Shown here piece after piece: positions 16,416 to 28,060 of a DNA stretch of 62,079 nucleotides (position 1 is the first letter of the stretch; every line of letters begins with the position of its first letter). The notes beneath the pieces are model-generated. The model ran no database searches and was not told the DNA's origin. It worked only from the letters and a program-made list of their open reading frames with translations. Where the stretch lies: NCBI RefSeq assembly GCF_000315625.1, contig NW_005434516.1, forward strand, positions 23,918-85,996, in the 5' to 3' direction. Origin of the DNA: Guillardia theta CCMP2712 (lineage: Eukaryota > Protista > Cryptophyta). Both the position numbers and the translations under genes were made by a program.

Positions 16416-16703
16416 ATGGTGCAGTCTGACGAGTACATCCTCGATGACGACAACCGAGCAGACGACCTGTCAGGCTCCCTTGAGCTAGAGCTCTTCTTCC
16501 ATGGCAGAGACGTCCCTTCCTCCTGGAGCCCTCATCCACCCAAGACTGTGCAGGCTGTCATCACGGTCAAAGGCAGCCTCAAGCTCAAGAACGCCAAGGA
16601 GGGGCAGAGGAGAGCGGTGCTCGTTGAAGGAGGGGGAGGACTGCTGCTGGGAAACATCGTGGAGGCCGCGAGGAAGGCGAGGGTAGCGGGTAAGACTAGC
16701 TGA
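16416..16703 (+). CDS. Hypothetical protein, cassette-family copy 3
   Basis: Cassette at 16491-16666; TATAAAA at about 16158 upstream; GTAAG donor at 16690. Confidence 0.5.
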   Translation: MVQSDEYILDDDNRADDLSGSLELELFFHGRDVPSSWSPHPPKTVQAVITVKGSLKLKNAKEGQRRAVLVEGGGGLLLGNIVEAARKARVAGKTS

Positions 16704-16819
16704 TGACATCCAAGCAGTGACAACACCAACGATTGAGAGATTTAAAGTGAGTGAATAAAGTGAATGCGATTGTATTGCGAGAAATCTTCACTAGTTCATT
16801 TGTCAATGTCTCCTTGAAT

Positions 16820-19800
16820 TCAGTAGTGCTGCGTGTTCTTACACCGAAACATCTTCTTATCGTCGCCCTCCCCTATAACATAGATCTTTTCTTCTTCTTC
16901 CTCTCCTGCGTCTTAAAAACACATGGGCAGTTAGATAAAACACACGAGCACTTCAATAACATATGAGCACTTCAATAACGCAGTGTAATACCTTGACCAA
17001 ATTTGTTGTTTGCTTCTTGCCGTACCTCCTTAGCCTTGACCTGGGTCAGGTAAGCGGTTGAACACGCAAAAGAAGTTCTCTTGCAACCTGTTTGAAGTAG
17101 AGGTCTTTGACTTGCATGCTAATGTACCTCCAAACTTCGACATTGCTTACTGTGTCCTGCAAATCTATCATGTAAAGAGATCAAATCTGCACACGAGGAG
17201 AACATTCTCGTGATCAAACGTCCAAGAGAGCAACCCGAATACAGGACAAACAAAGACAAGTTGACCATAAAAACACTAACCTCGGGGTTGATTTTGTTGA
17301 TTTCTTCTGCTAGCTTCATGCACGCCTTGACCTGTAACAAACATCTGCCTTCAGCACTTATTTATAACAAAAAAAATTGAGGAGCCTATACAACATGCTT
17401 CAACAAAGAAAACAAGAAAACGAACATAGCAGAAACCAAGGCCAGAAACAACATGAAGAATTCATCCTCCATGATCAAGTGAAAGGATGACGAAAAAGAC
17501 GAATGAAACGCACTCTAAGATCCAACAGCAGAGAAATGCTACTCACCCCTGCGACTCGCAATGCGGCCTCTTCGCGTGACCCCGCCTCAATCTCCTGTGT
17601 AGATCAATCGACATGTCAGGATGATGAGAAAACATCATCATCTCCAGCATCTCTGTTTCCTTTACGCTCTTGACATTCTGCATCTTTTTACACCTCGCAC
17701 ATCTTTCTACGTCATCTGAGTCTTCTGCACCATATTCCTCGTCTTCAATGTCTGCATCATCTTCCTTAACTTCATTACGATGCATGAAACGACACAAAAA
17801 CCGCAGAACCGATTGCTTGACACGTCAGCAGCCAAGCATTCTCACCTTGTCGCTATCGATCTTCTTAGCAAGCGCTGGGCTGACCTCAATGAGGGAGAGT
17901 TTGCGGAGCCACGTGACCTGAAGGGTCCCGATCAGTGAGAGCTGTCAGAGGCTCTCGAGAGACGCACAGTTTCGGCGTCACTCCCTAATGTCAAGTCCTC
18001 CATGTCCGTGAAATTCAACCTGTGCTCTCTGCAATTCAAATGTCAGGCGCTATGTGCCAAACTCCGAGCTGAGAAGAATCACCGTGCAGCGAACCTAGCG
18101 ACCAGGTCTTCGCATACCAGCTGGGCTTTACGGTGGAGAGGAACTGAACTCTGAGGTGGAGACGTCACAGCTCGTTGGCTCTAGAGCCGCTGAGACCTGT
18201 CCGACGTTCGCCACATCCTGAAACGTCTCAAAACACTTGACGAGCCTCTCGACTGCATTGGAGTCAGCAGGGAGGAGGAGGGAGGGAAGAGATCGACCTA
18301 GTAGGGAGGCGCTGAAGTTGACATCAGATTCATCCACCCTGACATGCCCCTGCATGTTGCTCAGCGGATGGGGAAAAGGGAGTGGGGAGAGAGTGGGAAG
18401 AATCTTTCTTCTTCCCACTCTCGGAAGAGGAAGAGTAGGAGGAAGAGGGGATGGAGCAGGCAAGCAAGTTTTGAGGAATATGGATAGACAACACGAATTC
18501 GGTCATAAGAACAGCAACAATAGTATGTCGACAAAGATGCTATGAACGCCCAGGAGTTCCACATCGAAACATATTGATCGCATGGTACACTCTCGATAAC
18601 TCAGCAGAAATGCAACACAGACCAATAGAATGAAGCAGGCAAGAGACGAAGACAAGGCACTTCTATCCCAAACAGCAACAACATCAAGATTCTTGCAGTA
18701 CATCAGGAGCATTGAGCTCACATGCATTCTTGAAGAGAGAATGAAATCTGCGAGGTCTTTGAATCCCCTCGACGTCAAGTCACTGCACAAGATGAGATCT
18801 TTGACTGACAACGACGAGCTTAAAACCTCGACAGCGAGCTGAGAACTGAGTAATATTTGTCAACCAGCCACCGGTAATCCGACGGAACATCCTGAGGGAC
18901 AACAATTTAGTGCAATCATTTACACAGAAGGCACACGATGCAAAGGGAATTTCATGTTTTCTGTTGATGTGATTGGGACAAGCAGAGAGTCTGGGATACA
19001 GAAAGTGGTTGTGACCTGCCGTATTGGCCCTCCATCTAGTCTTTTCTCTTTTGTCAGTGGGATATCAAGAGCCTGCAAAATAATGCAATAAGTTGGGAGA
19101 TGAGTGCAACAAATGTAGAGAGAGAAAAATGCAAGGCAAAATTGGATGCAAAAGCACAATGATCAAGTAGAGCCGTCATACATGACAGGCACGAAACGAC
19201 ATGATCCTTCGATGGTCCTTGAGACAAAGAGCAAGAAACTACTTACATCGACAAATACACAACAGATGCTCCGAAACACATACAGACTTTCAAAAGTAGC
19301 AAAGGAACCTGGCTAAGTGCAAACAGAGAAACTTCTGCAAGTCCCGCAGCATCGAGGTTTTTGCTGTCCATGTGCAAGGATATCAACATGTTTAGAACTG
19401 AGTCTCGGGTTGGAACGCCCTTTGTTGGAGCTTTGCTCCACACTCCCTGGTGTAAGCAATCAAAACATGTGTTAGATCTCGGTTTGCACAATGAGCTAGA
19501 AAGATTGAAAAGAAAGAATGAGGACAAAACAACAGAGAGAAGCAAGGATGGGAGCGGCAAAGATTGGGAACCAGGACTGCACAGAAGACCGACCTCTTGC
19601 CATCCTGAACCAAAAGAAAGAGTTGCAAGCAGAGCATAGAAGTTGATTTCCTGCGGGAGCCTTGAGTTAGAGTATGCATCACCTTCAAGTGAAACAACGA
19701 AATGACAGCAAACAACTATGCAAGGAAAGACTGAGGTCAACATCGAGGATTGGGGGTTGATGAAAAGGAGGATGAGCTGACAAATCGACCTGGGAGGAGG

Positions 19801-20994
19801 GAAATGAGAAGGAGAAGGGTGGGATGAATAGATTGCGACCACTGAAGAACAGATGACTGGGGTGGGGTAGACATGGGAGAAAGGGTGGGGGGGGGGAGGG
19901 GGGGAACAGGAGAAGGTTTAAGGGGGGGGGAAGGGAAGCGAAGCGAAGCGAAGGGAAGGGAAGGAAAAAAGAAAACAACCTGTTTGACATCGTCGAATAC
20001 GAGTGGAAGACCGAATCGAACTTTGAACGATTTCTTAACCCTCCATGTCTCGATGTCTTTCGCCAGTGCCTCCACAGCAGTAGCATTGACGCTGCGACAC
20101 TCGTCACCGATGGCAGCCCCCTCCTCCTGTCTTCCAGAACCTGACGAGCTCCTCCAGCTCTTCTGTCTGCGACAGCACCGTGCTGCGAATGTCCAGTAGG
20201 ATAGAGTTCTCGCTCCTCCCTCCCCTCAGACGAGGCATGATGGGGGAGGTGCCAAACGCTCTCCTGCGCCATGACACCACGGGTACGCTTAGAGTGCATG
20301 TGGGGACCATGGAAGAATCCGCATGCCCCATCGCGGCAACAAGAAGAAGAGCTGGAGGAGTACAATCAGACTCCAAGTAAAGATGTCAAACTGCTCATGA
20401 GGATAGACTCAAAGATTGTAAGCCGACCATGCAGATCGGCTACTAACATGCCGACAACACTCACCCCGTTCAACATTTCTAGTCTTTTGTGACCTGTTTA
20501 CGTGTCTTTGTGGATTGGATACCCCGTCAACTATTTCATATCCTCTCGCTCTTAATCACCTGCCATGTACCCATTGCCCTTTCCTCTTCTCGTCCTCCCC
20601 GTACCTCTCCATCCCTCTACCCCTACCCGTATCCACATACAACAAGACCCATGACAGCTGCTCCCAATCCCTCTCCGTGGACACCTTTCAGCTCTTCGAT
20701 TTCTTCCTTCCGCCCCTCCAATTTTCCCCGTCCCCCACCTTGTTGGTCACTCGCACGCCTCCCCGTGTCTCTCTCCCTTCTCTCTTACCGTCTCGCTCTC
20801 TCCCCGTCCCCACGTTTTCCTCCGCCTCCCTGTCCCTTCATCCCTATCTCCCTACCGCCACTCCGCATGCATGCTTCTGCTCTCCTCTACATTCGTTTGC
20901 TTCGTCCACTCGCGCACACACACGCTCTGCATCGCCTACCTGTCGCGCCGCACCGTCGCCAAGATGCGGCCAAGGTCTTCACCATCGGCCTCAT
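16820..20994 (-). CDS. Queuosine salvage protein / Q-nucleotide N-glycosylase (QNG1, DUF2419, C9orf64)-like, multi-exon
   Basis: Exon peptides INFYALLATLSFGSGW, LDIPLTKEKRL, LVKCFETFQDVA, IEVSPALAKKIDS, EIEAGSREEAALRVAG|VKACMKLAEEI and C-terminal MFRCKNTQHY* follow the DUF2419 motif order. Confidence 0.7.
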
Positions 20995-21107
20995 GTTTTA
21001 GGCCAGTTACTAAATTAGCTGGAGCTCTTTCCAATTATTCGATGAGCTAGGGATAATTTACAAGGCCACTCCAAACATCGGAAATAGAAACAGACAGGGC
21101 AAGCAAC

Positions 21108-21445
21108 ATGTTTGAGGCGTTGTTGATGAGTCAGCTCAAGGTAAGGAGCAGACTTCAACGATATCACCAATATGGCGTGATTCCCTTGCATGCCATGTCA
21201 TTGATTGTCACCCAGTGCTCCTGTTCTCCCCGTGCAGCGCAAGCACCACGTGGCTGATCTTCGGTCCAACCCAGGCACCTGCTGAGGCTTGCGCGAGGAA
21301 TGAGAAGTTTGAGAGACAGCTGGAGCTTGCCGGCCCTTCGATGGAGTCAATGGTGAAGCAGGTGTTAGCATGCCATGCTTGCTTACTGGCGTGTTTACTG
21401 AAACACGTGATCCAGCTCAAGGCGACCATCGCAAAGAACTGCTAG
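21108..21445 (+). CDS. Small multi-exon hypothetical protein (MFEALLMSQLK…APAEACARNEKFERQLELAGPSMESMVKQ|LKATIAKNC)
   Basis: Canonical GTAAG and GTGTT donors, CAG acceptors, GC3-rich codons. Confidence 0.4.
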
Positions 21446-21887
21446 AGGAAAAAAGAGTGGCTGCAGATGCGTGTTGGACAGCGGAAACTGGTGCTCTTAC
21501 TTGGTGATTGTCATGACTCTACTTGCTGCAAAATCTCTGCATTGTAAATGGAAAATAACCTTAGTTGAAGTCTTTGAGGAATGAACCCATGTGTTCGCGA
21601 TACCGATGGTCCTTCCCTTACCGATGCCTTTGCCAAATTCCCCTGTCAACAGCCCAAAGCTGAGATCATTCGCACATCTAGACATTACCACAACTGCATA
21701 AACGATTTATTTGCTGCGAATCTGATACAAAGGCTTACAACATAGGAATACATGCTCTGATGCAAGAAGCAAATTGCCTTCTTGGATAAGGTAATGGGGC
21801 AAGGAAAAAGAATACACTAAGGAAAAGTATCTCATGAGAATCGTCAAACGACGGAAAAACGAAAAAATAAGGCCACACGGGGATAGT

Positions 21888-22781
21888 CTAGCAATTGAGA
21901 ATGTTTGAGTTGTTGTGCAGTGATATGTGGGGAGGGCATAGAGCTTGCATCTCCTGGTGGTTGCCCCCTCCCGCGGACAGCACGGTCTCAAGATGCATGA
22001 TCAGAAACTGAAGTGGAGCAACAAAAGATTTGTCCAGCCGAGCCTGAGAAGGGAGTAGCCCAACCTTGCCTTGTGTCTGGATTGCTTCAATCATCTCCCG
22101 CATCCTCGAGGCAAGGCTTTGTAGAAGGGCACAAGATACGTATCTGTCCGAGCTGCTCCCAGTCTTGTCCGAGACATCCCAGCATGGATCGTTATCTCTG
22201 TCGAAGGGTGCTTTATCTTGATCAGGTCGAGGATCGTACATTTCTTTTGCTCTGATCGCTGTGTCCTGGATACATTCTAACACTTTCTTCGTTTCAAGAA
22301 CCTTCCTTTCCACGACCCCCTTGACAAGATTGTTGACAATCAAACTTGTGATAGAGGGTCCATCCTTCTGCTTAGTCTCACTTAGCCTGTCATACGTACA
22401 AACCACATCCTCTTCAATCTCTGACTCGATCTTACGTATACACTGGATATCTTGCCATCCCTCGTTCTCTGTTGGACCCGTGTCCTTATGCGTTGTGTGA
22501 ACATCTGTTCTCATGTAGTTTCTTGTGATAGATAAGAAAGAGAAAGAAACCCTTCTGGGCTCAATCCTTGGTCTCTTCCCTTCTCTTGATCCTTCCTCCT
22601 TCGCATCCCCTTGAATGGATCTTCGAACACACCCTCTACGCAAGCCATGCTTGGGAGGAGCGCACGTAGGACTTACCCACATGATGGGTGTGGATATGGA
22701 TGCATTGAACATCTGAAGGCTGCTGATACCTCCCCCGTCCGCAGCTTTCGCTATCCCTTGCTCCCGCTCGCCCTCGACCAT
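21888..22781 (-). CDS. Intronless 297-aa hypothetical protein with NLS-like and RVxF motifs; paralog of 40746-41462
   Basis: Single ORF; aligns by eye with the 40746-41486 ORF over about 200 aa. Confidence 0.7.
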   Translation of the reverse strand: MVEGEREQGIAKAADGGGISSLQMFNASISTPIMWVSPTCAPPKHGLRRGCVRRSIQGDAKEEGSREGKRPRIEPRRVSFSFLSITRNYMRTDVHTTHKDTGPTENEGWQDIQCIRKIESEIEEDVVCTYDRLSETKQKDGPSITSLIVNNLVKGVVERKVLETKKVLECIQDTAIRAKEMYDPRPDQDKAPFDRDNDPCWDVSDKTGSSSDRYVSCALLQSLASRMREMIEAIQTQGKVGLLPSQARLDKSFVAPLQFLIMHLETVLSAGGGNHQEMQALCPPHISLHNNSNILNC

Positions 22782-23559
22782 CGCCGGACCACACGCCGTG
22801 GGACTGCAATCTCCAGGACTCGTGAAGAGGGGTGGGTACCAATATCACCCCCACCCCCATATTGTCCTTTATCTGTTCTGACCACCCCTCATAGTACTAT
22901 CTCTTGCTCTTGACGATACCCAACCCCGCAATTGGTTTCACTGGCAAGTTATGTCTGGATATGCCTAATGGTATGCGAATATTTATTATTGCTTCTATTA
23001 TAAGATTGAACTACTTGGCCCTAGTAAATATTGCCCGTTCTTTCTGAGGCTTACATCCCTTACTCCGAGGAGCACGAGGACCTTAAGGATAGTCATCTCC
23101 ACCCCCTCAAAGGACTACCCAGTCTTGAACCGACCACCACCCAAATATGCTTGTCCTCATATAAGGTAGTATATACCGGTCAGACTATGGAAATAACCGG
23201 GTCATATAATGAGAAAGTGAATAGAAAGGTACGGGTACTTTCTGCACCCCACCCTCCAACTCGATGTCATCCTGCCAGCGTAATGCCGGCAGTGGTCAGC
23301 TGATCCATAGTTGAAAACCCATTTTAGTATAAAACAAAAAAGACATCTAAATCAGCTCTTTTGGATAAAACTGCTAAGTAAAGAGGGAAAATTGGTAACC
23401 ATTACCTGTCCGTAGCAGCCTAGGACACCAATAGCACTGAGTGCTAGCAACAAAATGTCATTCGAGCTACGTATCTTTGCATCCAATCTCAAACATTTCC
23501 AATTTGCATCTTCTGGAATAAAACATATTATTAAAAACTGGCCCCCCACCCCTCGATCC

Positions 23560-23940
23560 GGCTGGTGACTCCGGGGTGCCTAGTTAACTTTTTACTCAAG
23601 CAGGGAGGGCATTACCGGCGTGACTGCCCGGCAGGAGGTGTGGCACGGCGCACTGCCGACATTTTTACTCATCAAAGTTAAGTTTGCGCCGCTGCTGCTT
23701 TCTTTACTCAAAGTTAAGTTAAACATCTGCTACTCTGATCCTGTTTTAACTTAACCTTGAGTAAAGCCGCTGAGACTCTCAGGGGCTTACAAGGTTGAGG
23801 GACGGTAGACGGATAACTCAGTGACTCGGAACTCGGAATCATTCTGGCGGCCCGGCACGGTGCTTTATCGGACGGTCACCGGGTCCTGCCCACTTACTTG
23901 ACTGATACCTTCCCCCGCGCCATGCCTGCGTCGCTGTGGC
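23560..23940. promoter_or_regulatory. GC-rich island with an inverted pair of TTTACTCAARGTTAAGTTAAA motifs (23703-23765)
   Basis: Arms of about 22 bp at 23703-23724 and 23743-23765 are near-perfect reverse complements. Confidence 0.55.
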
Positions 23941-25385
23941 GGCCGCCGAAGGAATGAGCCGCATACCGGAATGCACCCGCGATGATGGCAGCGAAGGACA
24001 GGGAGGCCTTGGGCTGACGAAAGATCCTGGACCGGATGCGTTTGCAAGCCTCGGATCACCTGAGAGTCTTGCGAGGCCGAGAGACCATCCATCTCTTTTC
24101 CTTGTTCGCCGAGCGATCCGCCATTCACCACAGAAAATGCAACGCATCATCCTGCAAGAGTCCATCAGTGCTGGCGATGATGAGAAGAAAGGCCTTTGGT
24201 GGGACGTGCTGAGCATATGCATTACGATGCCCTCGGATCTTCCTCTGTGCTGCTGCATGCAGTTTGCTCCGAGCCTTGTCCGGTATCCCATCATTGTCAA
24301 AAATATGCGACATACATGTGACATGCTGAAGTCCAGGATAAACCCATGCTATCGGCCTCCAGTAGCCTGCAATTGCGGAAGCTCAAAATCCCCTACGCGA
24401 TGATCTTCAGGGCCATGTTTGGGAAACGTCAAGCCTGGTGCCGGAAACGCCTCGCACATGGAAGCGGCATCACACTCCTGAATCTTTGATGAGGGTACTG
24501 AGGACGGCATTGCACTTGTCATGCGCATTAGTCCATAACGGGCTGCGGTTCCTGCAGGTTGCCATGTGTGTGGTCCCCCAGGATGACAGAGAAGATGGTG
24601 GCATTTTTCGCAGTGCGGCGGGTGGTCAACCGGCAATCCATAAAGAAACTTGTCAGCGGCAGTCACCAAGCTGATGGGCTGCTGCTCAAAGATCCCAAGG
24701 TTTGTACTTCCCATAATTGAGTGCCAGATCGTGCGATGAGGAGTAAACTGAGACAGAAGTTCATGAACCAGGTGGCCTGGTACTCGAAGTGGAGTAGAGA
24801 AGCGTGTACGCCGAGATTTTCTGCTCCATCAAGTGCCTGTGAGTGTCCAAGAAAGCAGCCAGCATGGGGACAACATCCCCAGCGGCTGCTTGCTGCGGTT
24901 TGCGGATTCGAAGTTCAGTGCCAGAATTAATCCGGTGGAAGAGTGGCGGTGTAGGTAACATCCCATGCTGGAAGATGTCATTTTGGAAAAGAAACAATGT
25001 CTTGATCCGATGATCAGTTTCACTCTTTGGTCCAAGATCTTTCAGGGCGGTGTCTGAGATGTGCAGCCTGTACGCGGCCGATTAATTGACTGACTTGAGA
25101 GTGAGGAATCGAGCTGGAATCAAATAGGCTGGAATACAACTATTTCCTATTTTCTTTTTCCTTGTGTAGCTTCTGGATCATCATTTGAACGAGAGGTATC
25201 ACATCAAAGCTCGCGTTCCATGGAGCCGGGATGAGACAGATGACTGTGTGAATGGTCGGAAGGCTGGCACATCTTTTTGCAACTTTCCTTGTTCTTGATC
25301 AAATCATTTTTCATTATATACATTGCAATTGAAAACCATGAACATATTTACATTTCTAGCATATCTGATCAAACCCGCAAGATTT

Positions 25386-25697
25386 TCATCTCATCTGGAT
25401 AGTTGCGAACAGGATGCCCTTACTGAAGCTGTTGCTAAACATGTATCCACAGCATTTTGAGCACATAGGATGCTTGTTCCTTTCGCCAACAAGGGTTTTG
25501 ATCTTTTTTGTCTTGTGATTTGCACATTCGATCACGCTCTCCAGGCTCTCAAAGTCGTCGATCCACGAATCGGAGCTCTCGCTTAGGTGAAACTCTGTCA
25601 TGAGGTTGCTGGTGGTGGTGACCGGTGCCGTCAGAGGACAGTGTCCGAAGAACTCCTCGAACGCGTCCTTGCATAGAGGTGTACTGGTTGGTGCCAT
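25386..25697 (-). CDS. Hypothetical protein, CKDAFEEFF family copy A
   Basis: About 150 bp nearly identical to 34416-34567; substitutions are mostly synonymous in this frame. Confidence 0.5.
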   Translation of the reverse strand: MAPTSTPLCKDAFEEFFGHCPLTAPVTTTSNLMTEFHLSESSDSWIDDFESLESVIECANHKTKKIKTLVGERNKHPMCSKCCGYMFSNSFSKGILFATIQMR

Positions 25698-25934
25698 GCT
25701 GCTGTTGCTGCTCGTGTCCCACGTGAATCTTGTGTCTGTAGTGCACAGCTGTTAAGGCTTTCAGGGATAAAAACCGTATCACGAGGACTTCCCTATAACC
25801 GTTAAGATTCCATTGGTTGATGACATTCGTATTGCAAAACGCTTCTATTTAACAACGATTCGAGTAAGATGACTCTAAAACTAGTTTATCCCTCGGTGTC
25901 GCTTTGCAACTGAATATGAATGCCTTCTCTCAGG

Positions 25935-26858
25935 TGTTGAAGTTCCCAGTAACCTTCTCTCCACAGACGGTGACACAGTCACAGTAGCAGTGACACCCGA
26001 AGTAGACAGTGATAGCACCGACTGCAAGTTTCTGTAGCAGTGGTAATAGGTATCACGAATGGTGGCCGCGCAGGAATGATATCAGGATACAGAGAACAAA
26101 CGGAGGTGATAAGAGATTGGTATAGATGGTCAAGCTTGTTTACTTCAAGCAATCCAGTCTCACAGAGACCGTACACCTCGTTCTCCTTTCCCTGTCCTGC
26201 CAATGCGTGCGGCCCTTCTTCCTCTTCCTCGGTCCCTAATATAGGGACTGCCTGGTCCTAGGAACTACCACTACCGGTACTCTACGCTTCTTATCTGCGA
26301 TATGATTCTTCGACCGGTCCGAGGCCTGGTTCCGTACCTTGAGGGTCCCCTGAGAAAGAGTCATAGGCTTGACATGACGAGGTCTTCGATTCTCATCCAA
26401 TGCTCTCTGTGAAGTTGATGTAGCTGCTCCCTTGACCTTGACAGGTCCTGTGTCTCCGTAGGAGCATGCTTGGAGGTGGTCTCGTGCATTCCTTGTATGT
26501 CCTCCGCTAAGATGATCATGATAGTACTGTCTTCTTTGATCAGACCCCTTGTTTTCCCATGTCCATGACTTCAGGGGTGATGCTTCCAATCTCCCCTTGA
26601 GCGTAGCCATATCCTACCACCGTGTCATCTGCTGTCCTGTCGTGGATTGGTATAAGCTGACTCGCTTATCTCCTGCTGCCATCCACGAGTCCTAGGTTCT
26701 TGCTGTCTTCTTCATGATTCTCCTACGTCGTCCTTATTGTAGCTGTTGCTGTCCTCTCCAGGGATGCATTCCGAGGCTCTAAGCATCTGTGCACTTGAGC
26801 CACGTCGATTACTTGGCATTGTCTGAGGTGAAGCTTCCTCCTATCAGGTGCTTCAACA
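25935..26858 (-). repeat. 3' LTR, 924 bp
   Basis: Bounded by 8-bp inverted termini, the TSD and the PPT. Confidence 0.9.
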
Positions 26859-28060
26859 CCCTCCCTTGGCTCTTGTGTGCCGATGCCAGCATTGTTACTT
26901 TGCCGCGCCTCCATTGACGGTGTCAGGCTTGTCAAATTTGACTATGCCTTTCAAATGACCTGCTGCGGTTGACTCTTCGCGCGTCGTCGCCGCAGTATTC
27001 CCTCCCTTGCCTAGAGTAGGCGGGAGCTGTTGCTTGACAGCAAGGTGGACTCATGCTTGGTCTCTGGTCGTCTGCCTTGAACTGAGCTGTATGGTCTTGC
27101 TCATCAGACTTGATATTCCTCTTTCCATAAGCGATCAGCCTCTTGACTTGACTTTCGCAGTAGGGCTGTGCATGGTACTGAAAGGTTCTCCTCAGCGCCC
27201 ATCAGCACTGATGTGCCTGGCGACTTGGGACCTCCTTCATTTCTGCAGCATCATTTCATAACTTCGATCGAAGGTATGTCTTCATCGTCTGCTTCTTCGT
27301 CTTGCGAAGGCTTGGCGCTTCAAGCTGCCTTTCATTTCTTCAACTCTGCTGTAGAGTTGGTTCGTGTCATCATATCGCCATCGTGAGATCGTGGCATGCA
27401 ATGAGGCTTTGGGACGTCTCCCTTCCTCGGTCTTCACAACCTTCAAGCTTTCATCTGCCGTGCTCTGCTTGCCGTATCAACATCACGGCGCTTGACCAGT
27501 GGAATCATGAGGTAATTCCTCTCCTCACTGTTGGCCACGTACAGGCTTTGAGGTTGGATTGAAAACAGCTCTTGTCACTTTTGACATTCAGAGCGACTTT
27601 GATCAGGACTGATCCCTCCATCATCGAGATTTTCTCGCTGTCATGTCACCCCTCAGCTTCTTTGCCACACTCATCATCATGGTGGGAGAGCTATCTGGTG
27701 GCCTCGTCGTCATCTTGTGCGACTCCTGGCTCTGCTTGGGGGATCCCTGTGACTCGTCCATGTCACTTGACATAGGAATGATGCGAGGCTCGATGCTGAT
27801 GTCATCATCAGATGTTCTCAGAGGTTCAGCCTGTCATGAAGTTCAGTATTCAGGTATGATAGTGAAAAGATATGATATTCCCTGATTTTGATTGTTCATT
27901 TAGTGAACCCTCCCTGACTGTCTCTGGTGTCGAACAGATGACCTCAGGCTGAAGTAGGTCCCCTGTGACTTCGCATCATCCATCTCCCTCCCTGACGAGG
28001 TACAGGGAGCTTGGCTAGCTTGACAAGGTCTTGCATGAAGCAGCGGCGGCGTAATGATGG

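Noticed and set aside
11889-16709. Minus-strand reading of the cassette (MIRKPSARLKAPP…)
   Set aside because: Inter-copy substitutions are mostly non-synonymous in this frame and synonymous in the + frame
23936-25100. Possible decayed gene (CHVCG…QCGG, MYND-like)
   Set aside because: Multiple stops, no coherent splice model and an incomplete motif
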